From an uncultured bacterium (GTDB lineage Bacteria; Eisenbacteria; RBG-16-71-46; JAFGJU01): a DNA stretch of 64,000 nucleotides. Numbering within the stretch: the stretch's first letter is position 1; each line of letters opens with the position of its first letter. Where the stretch lies: the NCBI GenBank assembly GCA_964570935.1, contig CAZMZP010000075.1, forward strand, positions 19,173-83,172. Direction: 5' to 3'. This document shows, in pieces, positions 18,600 through 27,601 of this stretch. The notes beneath the pieces were generated by a model that saw nothing but the letters and a program-made list of their open reading frames with translations, did no database searches and had not been told where the DNA came from. The position numbers and the translations under genes were made by a program.

Positions 18600-20069
18600 A
18601 TGAGAAATCTCGAGGAGGGAAGCCTGGGAAACTCGGAACGAAGATCCGCGTTGTCTTCATTGAACTCGTTTCTTGGCTCGTCAAGATTCGGGCTTATCCT
18701 GCTTCTCGTACTGGGATGCGTTTCCCTCCTCGGGATGTTCATCCCCCAGAACGCTCCGCCCGAATTATACGTCTCCCGTTACGGGCAGGCGTTCGGCAGC
18801 CTCGTTCAACTCACGGGCCTGGGCACCGTATACAGGGTCTGGTGGTACCTTCTACTCATAATCCTTGTTCTCATCAATCTTGTTGTCTGCTCGGCCGGAA
18901 GGATCCGGAGGAGCTTCAGGCAGGCCTTCTCCAGGCCTAGGGCCCAGGACAACGAGCTGCTTCAGAACACGAGACCGGTTGAGCTGGACGTGGAACCGGC
19001 GCTCCTGCATGATTCCCTGGCGCGCCGGCTGCGCGCGAAGGGATATTCTATCGACTCGTCCGTGAACGGTCCCGTAAGCCTGATCGCGGCCCAGAGGGGC
19101 ACGGTCTCGCGAATCGGATTCCTCGTCACCCATCTCTCCATAATAACCATACTGGTGGCCGGAGCCATCAATGGCAGGCTGGGTTACAGGCACCAGCAGA
19201 ACGTCAGGATAGGCGAATCGTTCGCCGTCGGAGAAATCGAGCCGGGCGCCGATTTTGACGTCAGGCTGGACGATTTCCAAATCGAGACCACCGAGACCGG
19301 ACGTGTCCGGGACTACAAGTCCGTTCTCACAGTCATGGAGGGCGGAAGAGAAGTAGTTACGAAGACGGTGGAAGTGAACCATCCTCTTATCCACGGCGGC
19401 CTTGGCTTCTTCCAGGCCAGCTACGGCCAGGACCCCTCCGCAATCAGGGACGCCCGCCTTTTCTACAGCGAGAGCGCGTTCGAAGCCGCGGACGAGAGCG
19501 GGTCTCCACACGGCGAGACTCCGCCCGTGGAGCTGACCCTGCAGTTTCGTCAGAAGGCTCCGGTGCCGGGCACCGACCTGGAGGTCGTCATCACGGACTA
19601 CGTGCCTCATTTCGTCAAGGACCTGGCCACGGGCGTGGTGTCGAGCCGTTCGGAGGAGCCGCAGCTGCCCGCGGTCAAGCTCGACGTGCTTCAGGACGGT
19701 AACGTGGTGGACAGCGGCTGGCTCATCGAGGGAATGGACTTTCACTCGAGAGACACCCTGCTCGGCCGTTTCCATTTTGCCTGGTACACTCCGCTCTTCT
19801 ACGCGGGGATAGACGTGACGAAGAACCCGGGCGTTTCTCTGCTCTTCGTGGGGTTTGCGGTGGCGAGCGTAGGCATCTTTCTTTCGTTCTTCGTCCCCTG
19901 GGAGAGGATTTGGATCAAGATAGACCAGCATGGCTCCGGTCGCAGCCAGGTGAGGATAGCGGGGACCTCCAGCAAGGGGCAGGCCGGGTTCAAGCGCCGG
20001 ACGGAGAGACTTCGCGAATTCGCTGCGGAAACAACGGGGCGGGAGAAAGGAGACGAAGGTGGCAGGTAA
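18600..20069 (+). CDS. resB: Cytochrome c biogenesis protein ResB/Ccs1 (System II)
   Basis: LGMFIPQN, GFLVTHLSII, VEVNHPL, FFQASYG, PGVSLLFVGF. Confidence 0.9.
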   Translation: MRNLEEGSLGNSERRSALSSLNSFLGSSRFGLILLLVLGCVSLLGMFIPQNAPPELYVSRYGQAFGSLVQLTGLGTVYRVWWYLLLIILVLINLVVCSAGRIRRSFRQAFSRPRAQDNELLQNTRPVELDVEPALLHDSLARRLRAKGYSIDSSVNGPVSLIAAQRGTVSRIGFLVTHLSIITILVAGAINGRLGYRHQQNVRIGESFAVGEIEPGADFDVRLDDFQIETTETGRVRDYKSVLTVMEGGREVVTKTVEVNHPLIHGGLGFFQASYGQDPSAIRDARLFYSESAFEAADESGSPHGETPPVELTLQFRQKAPVPGTDLEVVITDYVPHFVKDLATGVVSSRSEEPQLPAVKLDVLQDGNVVDSGWLIEGMDFHSRDTLLGRFHFAWYTPLFYAGIDVTKNPGVSLLFVGFAVASVGIFLSFFVPWERIWIKIDQHGSGRSQVRIAGTSSKGQAGFKRRTERLREFAAETTGREKGDEGGR

Positions 20070-20859
20070 CGACGTTGTGTTGTTCTGGGTGGCTCTGCTG
20101 GGGTACTTGGGCGCCAGCGTGCTCTACGTTCTTCAGATCGCTGTCAGCAGGAAATGGTTCGGCACCGCTGCGTTCGTGGCGCTGGTCGCCGGCTTCGTTT
20201 CTCACTCGGCGGCGATAGTCCTGCGCTACGTGGCGACAGGCCATCCCCCCTTCACCGGAATGTACGAGTACGCGTCGTGCCTCGCCTGGGCGACAGTGCT
20301 TTTCTATCTCATTCTCCAGGCCGGTCACAAGGCCCAGAACCTCGGAGTGTTTGTCTCCCCCCTCGCGTTTGCCGTGATTGTGGTCGCGTCGCTGTTTCCC
20401 AAAGAGGCGGAGAGCCAGCTCGTCCCCGCGCTGCAGAGCTATTGGCTGCAGATACACGTGACTATGGCGGTGCTCGGAGAGGGGGCCTTCGCCGTGGCCT
20501 TCGCGACCAGCATAATGTACCTGGTCAAGGAACGAGGCGTGAAACCCCTCCCCTCGCTCGAGACGCTCGACGACCTCACCTACAGGGCCATCGTGATCGG
20601 CTATCCACTCTTCACGCTGGGGGCGCTGTTCGCGGGCGCCATCTGGGCCTGGAAGGCGTGGGGCACCCCCTGGAGCTGGGACCCCAAGGAGGTGGGCTCC
20701 CTCGTGGTGTGGATAATATACTCCGCCTATCTGCACGCGCGCGTGACGGCGGGGTGGCGGGGACGGCGTGCCGCCGTGCTCTCGATAGTCGGGTTCTCAG
20801 CCACAATCTTCACGTTCCTCAGTAATCTATTCATAGGCGGGCTGCATTCCTACGCCTGA
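20059..20859 (+). CDS. ccsA: Cytochrome c synthase CcsA/ResC (System II)
   Basis: GTG start overlapping resB; GHPPFTGMYE, LQSYWLQIHV, WSWDPKE (WWD domain). Confidence 0.93.
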   Translation: MAGNDVVLFWVALLGYLGASVLYVLQIAVSRKWFGTAAFVALVAGFVSHSAAIVLRYVATGHPPFTGMYEYASCLAWATVLFYLILQAGHKAQNLGVFVSPLAFAVIVVASLFPKEAESQLVPALQSYWLQIHVTMAVLGEGAFAVAFATSIMYLVKERGVKPLPSLETLDDLTYRAIVIGYPLFTLGALFAGAIWAWKAWGTPWSWDPKEVGSLVVWIIYSAYLHARVTAGWRGRRAAVLSIVGFSATIFTFLSNLFIGGLHSYA

Positions 20860-20891
20860 TGCGACCGGCAGGCCGCGGGACAAGTATTCGC

Positions 20892-20920
20892 TTGTGCGCT
20901 CACCCCGGCGTGGCTAGAAT
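20892..20920 (+). promoter_or_regulatory. Putative sigma70 promoter
   Basis: TTGTGC-17 nt-TAGAAT. Confidence 0.5.
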
Positions 20921-21042
20921 GACCGTCGCCGCGACGGGGCAATGAGCCCGGCCGAGCCAGCCCATCCCGGCGACACCGGCACCTGGTGTCCGTAGCGTCA
21001 CCGGGCGTTCTCAGCATCAAAGCAAGCGGGTGGAGGTGAGAC

Positions 21043-22698
21043 ATGAGAGAAGCAGGCGTTCTCACCGGCGTTGTCCGGTCGTCCCGTCTCAACAAAGTTC
21101 CGGCATCGGCGCTCGTGGCCTTCTGTCTGGTGTGGGTCGTCGTCGCGGCGGCCGCGCCGGCGTGGTCTCAGACCGGGACTGTCGCAGAGCCTCCGGCCGA
21201 CGATGACTGCCTGATGTGCCACGCGCCTGGGCAAGTAGCTCCCGCGGCGGACGCTCGGACGATCAGGGCCTCCGCTCACAGAGGGCTTGCGTGCGCGGCG
21301 TGCCATTCCGCGGTGACGGAGCTGCCTCACGCGGACGAGGTCGCGCCCGTCACGTGCGCGGGCTGCCACGCCGAAGAAGCCGAGCAGTACCTGTCGCGGG
21401 GACACGGCCTCACGCTGGCGGAAGGCAGGACGCAGGCCGAGGCCTGCGGAGACTGCCATGGCGAGCCCCATTCGATCATCCCGGGGATGAGCCCCCATTC
21501 GCCCATCAACAGAAACCACGTTGTGGAGACCTGCGGCAACTGCCACGGCGACGTGGCGGAGGAGCTGGTGGCCGGCGCGCACGGCGCCGCTGCCGGGTCC
21601 GGCGCGGCGGACGTGCCGGTCTGCACTGACTGCCACGGAACGCACCTGATACTGCCCGAGACAGACCGTTCGTCGCCAGTGTTCCACACCGCGGTCGCGA
21701 GGACGTGCGCCGTCTGCCACGCCGACAAGGAGATGGCCACGAGGCACGGCCTCAAAGCCGACGTCGTGAAGACCTACAACGAGAGCTTCCACGGCCTGGC
21801 TCTTCAGTACGGCTCAACGCTGGCCGCGAACTGCGCCTCGTGCCACGGCTATCACAAGGTCCTTTCTCCGGACGACCCCGCGTCGCCCGTCAACAAGGCC
21901 AACCTTGAAGAGACCTGCCGGAAGTGTCACCCCGGCGCCGGGCCCAAAGTCGTCTCTGGCAGCGTTCACTCCTCCCCGCCGCAGAGTACGACGCCGGTGG
22001 TCAAGTATGTGGCCATCATCTACATGATACTCATAGCCTTCACCATTCTGGGCATGGTCGCTTACGACACCCTCGATTTCCTGAGGCGGGCCATCGACCG
22101 GGTCTGGAACAGAAAGGCAGCCCGGAAGATCTACGGGTCGCGGGTCTCCCAGAAAGTGCAGTACGGGCTGCTCGTCGCGAGCTTCGCCGTGCTGGCGTAC
22201 ACCGGATTTGCGCTCAACCGCCCGTACTCGTGGTGGACCGCGCCGCTCCGCTCGTTCGACAACCCTTCCGACGCCCGGGCTCTCATACACAGAATTGCCG
22301 CCGCGGTGTTCCTGGCCGTCTGCCTGTATCACATTCTAGAAGCCAACCTGACGAAGAGGGGCAGGGAGCAGGCCAGGGCCCTCAGGCCAGGCCTCAAGGA
22401 CTTCAAAGACCTTCTGGTCCAGCTCAAGTACAATTTCGGTTTCTCCAAACAGCGTCCGGCGTTCGGCAGGTACGACTACGTCGAGAAAAGCGAGTACTGG
22501 GCCATGGCCTGGGGAACTGCGGTCATGACGTTGACGGGCTTCCTCCTCCTGGCCGAGAACGTGACTTTGAGACTCTTCCCGCTCTGGGTGTCGGAGCTGG
22601 CCACGGGAGTCCATTTCTTCGAGGCCGTGCTGGCGGGACTTTCGGCGATTGTGTGGCACGCTTACTGGACCGTGTTTGATTCCCACGGGCACAAATGA
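21043..22698 (+). CDS. Nonaheme cytochrome c fused to FdnI-type cytochrome b (CbcL-like)
   Basis: GGAGGTG RBS; signal peptide; nine CxxCH (CLMCH, CAACH, CAGCH, CGDCH, CGNCH, CTDCH, CAVCH, CASCH, CRKCH); then TM helices with IHRIAA, EKSEYW, VHFFEA...WHAY. Confidence 0.88.
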   Translation: MREAGVLTGVVRSSRLNKVPASALVAFCLVWVVVAAAAPAWSQTGTVAEPPADDDCLMCHAPGQVAPAADARTIRASAHRGLACAACHSAVTELPHADEVAPVTCAGCHAEEAEQYLSRGHGLTLAEGRTQAEACGDCHGEPHSIIPGMSPHSPINRNHVVETCGNCHGDVAEELVAGAHGAAAGSGAADVPVCTDCHGTHLILPETDRSSPVFHTAVARTCAVCHADKEMATRHGLKADVVKTYNESFHGLALQYGSTLAANCASCHGYHKVLSPDDPASPVNKANLEETCRKCHPGAGPKVVSGSVHSSPPQSTTPVVKYVAIIYMILIAFTILGMVAYDTLDFLRRAIDRVWNRKAARKIYGSRVSQKVQYGLLVASFAVLAYTGFALNRPYSWWTAPLRSFDNPSDARALIHRIAAAVFLAVCLYHILEANLTKRGREQARALRPGLKDFKDLLVQLKYNFGFSKQRPAFGRYDYVEKSEYWAMAWGTAVMTLTGFLLLAENVTLRLFPLWVSELATGVHFFEAVLAGLSAIVWHAYWTVFDSHGHK

Positions 22699-25385
22699 AC
22701 GGCTCGCGAGACATTCCGCCCGGTGAGTCCGACGCGTCGGCGCCGGGCCCGACGTCGTCGACCGCGTCTGGGCCGGCCGCTCCCGAAGCCCCCGGTCAGC
22801 GCGCGGTGGAAGAGGGTGTCTCCGGGTCGCTGACAACACTCGTCCTCCTCCTTCTGGGGTTCACGGCTACGTCCGGCCAGATCTTCCTCCTGCGTGAATT
22901 CATAAGCACGTTCCACGGCAACGAGCTCGTCATCGGCGTATATCTGTCCGTATGGCTGCTGGCGACCGCCGCGGGCAGCGGTCCGGCGTACGCGTTCCTG
23001 GCGCGACGAACCGGCCGCGGAGCGCGCACGCCGGGCTCTCTCCATTCCGCCGGTCCGGAGACTTCGCTGCTTCTCCGGTTCGCGGTCGTCGAGGCGCTCG
23101 CCGCCGGAGGACTTCTGTTCGCGGTCGTTGGTCTGATGGCGCCTCCGGCGCAGCTGAGGCCGTCCCCCGGGGAAGTGGTCGGGCTGGTGAGCGCCCTGGC
23201 GTGCTCGGCCGTGTTCTTGTTTCCGTTCTGTGTCTTCCAGGGACTTCTATTCCCGCTGGGGGCCGCGTTGGTACGGAGTCGCGGACGCCGTGCGGGCCCG
23301 AACCCGGCAGGCGGGGAAGAGGGTGCGCCCGAACGCGCGGCACGAAACGTGATAACCGGGCGCGCGGCGTCCGTGTCGCGCGTTTATTTCCTGGAGGCGG
23401 CCGGCGCCGCCGCGGGAGGTCTTCTGCTCAGTCTTCTGCTGGTCCGTCTACTCGGCTCCTTCAGGATTGCGTCGGCCCTGGCTTCGCTCAACTTGTTTGC
23501 GGCGGCCGCGGTCGCGTACTCCGCGTCAAGAGCCGCCGGCGCCGTGTCCACGGGGCCGGCCGCGTCCTTGGAGCCCGGGGTCGAAGCCCCCGCCCGCCCG
23601 CTTGCGAGGCCGCGGCTGAGCCGGTGGCTGTCGTGGGTCCTTGCCTGCCTCTGCGGGGTCTCACTCGTCGTGTGTGTTCTGGACCCTGTCACCGGCAGAA
23701 CCGCGTCGCTCAAGTGGGGAGGCCTGACAGTGCGGGAGGTCAGGCAGTCGCGTTACGGCAACCTCGCCGTCCTGTCAGTTGACTCGCAGTACTCCGTCTA
23801 CCAGGATGGGCTCCTCGTCGCCACCACGGACGACGTCCAGTCTTCGGAAGAAATCGGCCATATACCCATGCTCGAGCATCCCCGGCCCGAGCGCGTCCTG
23901 CTGATCGGTGGAGGAATCGGCGGCGTCGTGCGCGAGATGCTGAAGCACCCATCTCTCGTCCGGCTCGATTACGTTGAGCTGGACCCCGACCTGATAGCCT
24001 TGGCCCGAGACGTCCTGCCGCGGGAGAAGGTGGCGGACTTGAGCGACCCGCGCGTGAGAGTGCTGTACCAGGACGGACGGCGGTTCCTGCAGACAACTGC
24101 CGAGCGCTACGACCTCGTGACGATGCAGGTTCCCCCTCCGTACACGGCACAGTTCAACAGATTCTACACGCATGAGTTCTTCGGACTGGTGCGGCGTCAT
24201 CTGAGGCCGGGTGGAGTGTTCGCCTTCGCCCTGCCGGAGGTGAAAGAATACGTCTCCCGGGAGCTGGCCTCGTTCCTGGCCGCGCTCGTTAGGACCGCCG
24301 CCGGCGAGTTCAGGACGGTGGTTCTTGTGCCGGCCAGCCGTAGTCTCCTGGTGTGCTCTCCTGACCAGAACGACTACGTCGTCGCGTCGCCAGACTCTCT
24401 GGTGGACCGCCTGGCCGCCCGGGGAGTGGTTACGCTGTTCGTGAGGGACTATTTCCTTTCGGCCACGCTGTCCCCGGACAGGCTGAGGTACGCGGAAGAG
24501 CGGGTCAGGGCACAGGACGGCCGCGTAAACACGGACTTGCGGCCGATAGGGTTCTACTATGACCTCGTGCTGTGGAGCGCGGAATACGAGCGGGTCGCGG
24601 CCGTGGGTCTGAGATGGGTATTCGCGCACGCGTGGGTGGTCTGGGCCGCGGCGGGCGCCCTGGCCGCGGCGCTCTTGCTCCCGGCCGTGGGCAGCCGCTC
24701 CCGGGCGCGCGGCGCGCTTCTGCCGTCGGCCCTGGCCGTGTCGGGCTTCGCGGCCATGGTGCTGGAGCTCGAGATAGTGCTCTGCTTTCAGCTCCTGTAC
24801 GGGAATCTGTACGACAGGATAGGGATACTGTTCACCGCCTACATGGTCGGACTGGCGGCGGGGGCGTGGACTGAGAGGCGGTGGAAATCCGGGCAGGAAG
24901 ACGCCGCCGGCGGGGGCACGCTGTCACTCGCGCTCACGCGGCCTGCCGTGCTGCAGTTCCTGACCGCCGGTTTCGCGGCTTGCTTCCTGGTCCTGGTCCA
25001 TTTTGCACCGCGAAGCGGAGTGCCGGCTGCGAGGGCGTTGCTCGAATGGCTGTTCCCGCTGCTTTCGGGCGTGGCAGGCGGGTTGGGAGGGGCCTTCTTC
25101 AGCTCGGCCGGCAGGGCGTACTTTGACCGCTCCGGCGGGCGCCGCCAGCGCGTGCAGACTGCCGGTGCCGGCTACCCGGACGTTGGGCTGGGTGCCACCT
25201 ACGCTTGGGACCTGGCGGGCTCCTGGGCCGGCGCAGTTCTCACGAGCTCGATTCTGTTTCCGGTGGTGGGGGTGCTGGTCGCCACGAGCGTGGTCGGCGG
25301 TCTGCTCGTAGCTTCCGGATGTGGACTGGTCCTGGCCGCACGCCGCGCTCAGCCCCATACGCCAGCAATCGGGCCCCCGCAGTAG
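22695..25385 (+). CDS. Multi-TM protein with central spermidine-synthase-like SAM-binding domain
   Basis: ATGA overlap with upstream gene; GQIFLLREF...GNELVIG; VLLIGGGIG, YVELDP, DGRRFL; TM blocks on both sides. Confidence 0.82.
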   Translation: MNGSRDIPPGESDASAPGPTSSTASGPAAPEAPGQRAVEEGVSGSLTTLVLLLLGFTATSGQIFLLREFISTFHGNELVIGVYLSVWLLATAAGSGPAYAFLARRTGRGARTPGSLHSAGPETSLLLRFAVVEALAAGGLLFAVVGLMAPPAQLRPSPGEVVGLVSALACSAVFLFPFCVFQGLLFPLGAALVRSRGRRAGPNPAGGEEGAPERAARNVITGRAASVSRVYFLEAAGAAAGGLLLSLLLVRLLGSFRIASALASLNLFAAAAVAYSASRAAGAVSTGPAASLEPGVEAPARPLARPRLSRWLSWVLACLCGVSLVVCVLDPVTGRTASLKWGGLTVREVRQSRYGNLAVLSVDSQYSVYQDGLLVATTDDVQSSEEIGHIPMLEHPRPERVLLIGGGIGGVVREMLKHPSLVRLDYVELDPDLIALARDVLPREKVADLSDPRVRVLYQDGRRFLQTTAERYDLVTMQVPPPYTAQFNRFYTHEFFGLVRRHLRPGGVFAFALPEVKEYVSRELASFLAALVRTAAGEFRTVVLVPASRSLLVCSPDQNDYVVASPDSLVDRLAARGVVTLFVRDYFLSATLSPDRLRYAEERVRAQDGRVNTDLRPIGFYYDLVLWSAEYERVAAVGLRWVFAHAWVVWAAAGALAAALLLPAVGSRSRARGALLPSALAVSGFAAMVLELEIVLCFQLLYGNLYDRIGILFTAYMVGLAAGAWTERRWKSGQEDAAGGGTLSLALTRPAVLQFLTAGFAACFLVLVHFAPRSGVPAARALLEWLFPLLSGVAGGLGGAFFSSAGRAYFDRSGGRRQRVQTAGAGYPDVGLGATYAWDLAGSWAGAVLTSSILFPVVGVLVATSVVGGLLVASGCGLVLAARRAQPHTPAIGPPQ

Positions 25386-26557
25386 GCGCAGCGTCCCCGC
25401 GACACTTTCATTTCGAGGATGGAATAGCCGGCGCGCTTGACGACCGGCTTCGTGCATTTGGGACAGTAAGTGTGCTCCGCCTCGTGTCCGGGCACGTTGC
25501 CGATGTAGACGTAGTTGAGCCCGGCGCCCTTCGCGATCTTCCAGGCCCTCTCCAGGGTCGATATCGGAGTCTGCGGCAGCTTCTTCATCTTGTAGATGGG
25601 GTAGAAGCGCGAGAAATGGAGCGGCACGTCGGGCCCGAGCTGCTTGGCCACCCACCTTGCCATGGACGAGAGCTCCGAGTCTCCGTCGTTTAGCGTCGGA
25701 AGCACCAGGTACACTATCTCGTACCACACGCGGGAGTTCTTAAGCAGGACCAGTGTGTCCAGCACCGGTTTCAGCGTGGCGTCGCAGACATCCTTGTAGT
25801 ACTTCTCCGTGAACGCCTTTAGGTCAACCTTCACGGCACCGAGGTGCCTGCAGGCCTCCAGCATGGGCTCCCGGTTGATGTAGCCGTTTGAGACCATGAC
25901 CGTCTTGAGCCCGGAGCGGTTTCCCAGCGCCGCCACGTCCATCATGTACTCAACAGCGACGACGCCCGGCTCGGAATACGTGAAGGCCACGGTGGACGCG
26001 GACGCCCGCCTGGCCGCCTCCACGGTCTCCTCCGGCGGCAGATAGTAGTTCTCCGTCTGCTCGGGCCTGGCCTGCGACATCTCCCAGTTCTGGCAGAACT
26101 TGCAGTCCATGTTGCAGCCGGCCGTGCCCAGAGAGAAAGACTTGGTGCCGGGCAGATAGTGAAAGAACGGCTTCTTCTCGATGGGGTCGACGTGGACGGC
26201 GCACGGAAGCCCGTGGCCGAGCGAGTAGTAAACGCCGCGGCGGTTTTCCCGGGCGCCGCAGTAACCCCTTTCAATGTCGCCCACCCTGCACTTCCTGGGG
26301 CAGACCTGGCATTCCACCTCCATCTCGGGAAGCTTCTTGTAGAACGACGCCTCCCTGGGTGGGGTCTGCCGCACGGGTTGTGCGCTGGCGCCCTGCTGAG
26401 CGAACGCGGCGCCTTCGGCGGCGCCGGAACCGAGGCGAGATCCCCCCGGGCCGGAAAACGGGAACGGAACTGGCGAAGAGGCCGGCGCCAGCGACGCGCC
26501 CAGGGCGCCGCCGGAGATCATTCCAAGTTTCTTCAGGAACTTCCTGCGGCCGCGCAT
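25349..26557 (-). CDS. amrS: AmmeMemoRadiSam radical SAM enzyme with Tat signal
   Basis: CQVCPRKC, RGYCGAREN, VDPIEKKPFFH, GCNMDCKFCQN (CxxxCxxC), FTYSEP, C-terminal CPKC/CAYC; N-terminal GRRKFLKK. Confidence 0.92.
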   Translation of the reverse strand: MRGRRKFLKKLGMISGGALGASLAPASSPVPFPFSGPGGSRLGSGAAEGAAFAQQGASAQPVRQTPPREASFYKKLPEMEVECQVCPRKCRVGDIERGYCGARENRRGVYYSLGHGLPCAVHVDPIEKKPFFHYLPGTKSFSLGTAGCNMDCKFCQNWEMSQARPEQTENYYLPPEETVEAARRASASTVAFTYSEPGVVAVEYMMDVAALGNRSGLKTVMVSNGYINREPMLEACRHLGAVKVDLKAFTEKYYKDVCDATLKPVLDTLVLLKNSRVWYEIVYLVLPTLNDGDSELSSMARWVAKQLGPDVPLHFSRFYPIYKMKKLPQTPISTLERAWKIAKGAGLNYVYIGNVPGHEAEHTYCPKCTKPVVKRAGYSILEMKVSRGRCAYCGGPIAGVWG

Positions 26558-27594
26558 CACGCCACCTCCAGATTGAGGACGTCGATGCCCGCGCGCTCCG
26601 ACACTCCGAGCCCGAGTGCGGAGGCCGCCGCCAGGTACCCGGGGTAGCGACCCTCCTCGCGGAACGTCCTCAGCCCGGCAGATTTTCTCAGCCTGTCGGT
26701 CTCTTCCAGACACACCGTGTCCAGAGCCACCGGGTCGGTGGAGACCAATATGCCGCCGAATTCCGTCGTCCACCTGGGCTTGTAACCTGGACCGCCGTGC
26801 ACCTGCACCCTCACGGCGTCACATACGTTGAGCCGCGTCTTCCTCCTTATCGCCGGGTGCGAATTCACGTCGGCCACGAAAGGAGAGCATCCGTTCGCAT
26901 GATACTTGTTGGGGTTGTGGATTGCCCCGTAGTTGTTCTTGAGCGCGGCCGAGACGCCGGCCAGGGAGTGCTCTTTCAGGACGGGCACGTTTATTATCGC
27001 GGTCGCCGTCTCGGTCACTATCCTGGAATAGCATGACCCGATTGACCCCAGCTCCGTCGGGAAGGTCTCGTAGCCCGCGGACGGAGCGTCCGTCCCGAAA
27101 CAGCGCGGTCCGTCCCCGGAGAAGTTGACCGCGAACCCGGCGGACCCGAGCTCGCGCGTGGTCCTGTCCCACACGAGGATGTTCTTTCCGCTAAGCCCGC
27201 AGGACATGAGGTTCTTCGTGATGGCGGCGACCAGAAGAGGAGACGTGGAGAGGGTCTTTCCGTTTATCGCGTTCACCTTGATTGCGACCACGTCTTCGGC
27301 GGAGAAGAGAGCTGCCCAGGCGTCGTCCGTTCTGGCGGCCCCGGTGAGGCGCCTCATGGAGGCGTCCAGGACCGCCTTGTAGAAGGCCGCCGGGTCGGAG
27401 GCGCCGCCGGTCTTTCTGGCAATCAGCACCAGGGCTCTTGCCGCACCTGCGGGTCGGGTCGCGGACGCTGCGCCGCCGGGCGCGGCACGGCCGAGGCCGG
27501 GGAACAGACCCACTCCCAGACCCGCCGCCACTGCCAGGGATCTTGTGACGAAGTCTCTTCGCGTGATGCGGTCGCGGCCGCCTGGCTTGCTCAT
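26557..27594 (-). CDS. DUF362-like protein with Tat signal
   Basis: TRRDFV signal; VAIKVN, INVPVLKEH...GVSAALKN, TDPVALD; stop overlaps amrS ATG. Confidence 0.82.
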   Translation of the reverse strand: MSKPGGRDRITRRDFVTRSLAVAAGLGVGLFPGLGRAAPGGAASATRPAGAARALVLIARKTGGASDPAAFYKAVLDASMRRLTGAARTDDAWAALFSAEDVVAIKVNAINGKTLSTSPLLVAAITKNLMSCGLSGKNILVWDRTTRELGSAGFAVNFSGDGPRCFGTDAPSAGYETFPTELGSIGSCYSRIVTETATAIINVPVLKEHSLAGVSAALKNNYGAIHNPNKYHANGCSPFVADVNSHPAIRRKTRLNVCDAVRVQVHGGPGYKPRWTTEFGGILVSTDPVALDTVCLEETDRLRKSAGLRTFREEGRYPGYLAAASALGLGVSERAGIDVLNLEVA

Positions 27595-27601
27595 GCGGCC
27601 C

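Noticed and set aside
22696-22698. Selenocysteine or read-through at the TGA ending the cytochrome b fusion
   Set aside because: The downstream in-frame sequence is low-complexity Arg-rich and the TGA overlaps the next ATG, which is ordinary coupling
22695-25385. Plain spermidine synthase (speE) annotation
   Set aside because: The catalytic Asp segment is not conserved and the protein is mostly transmembrane
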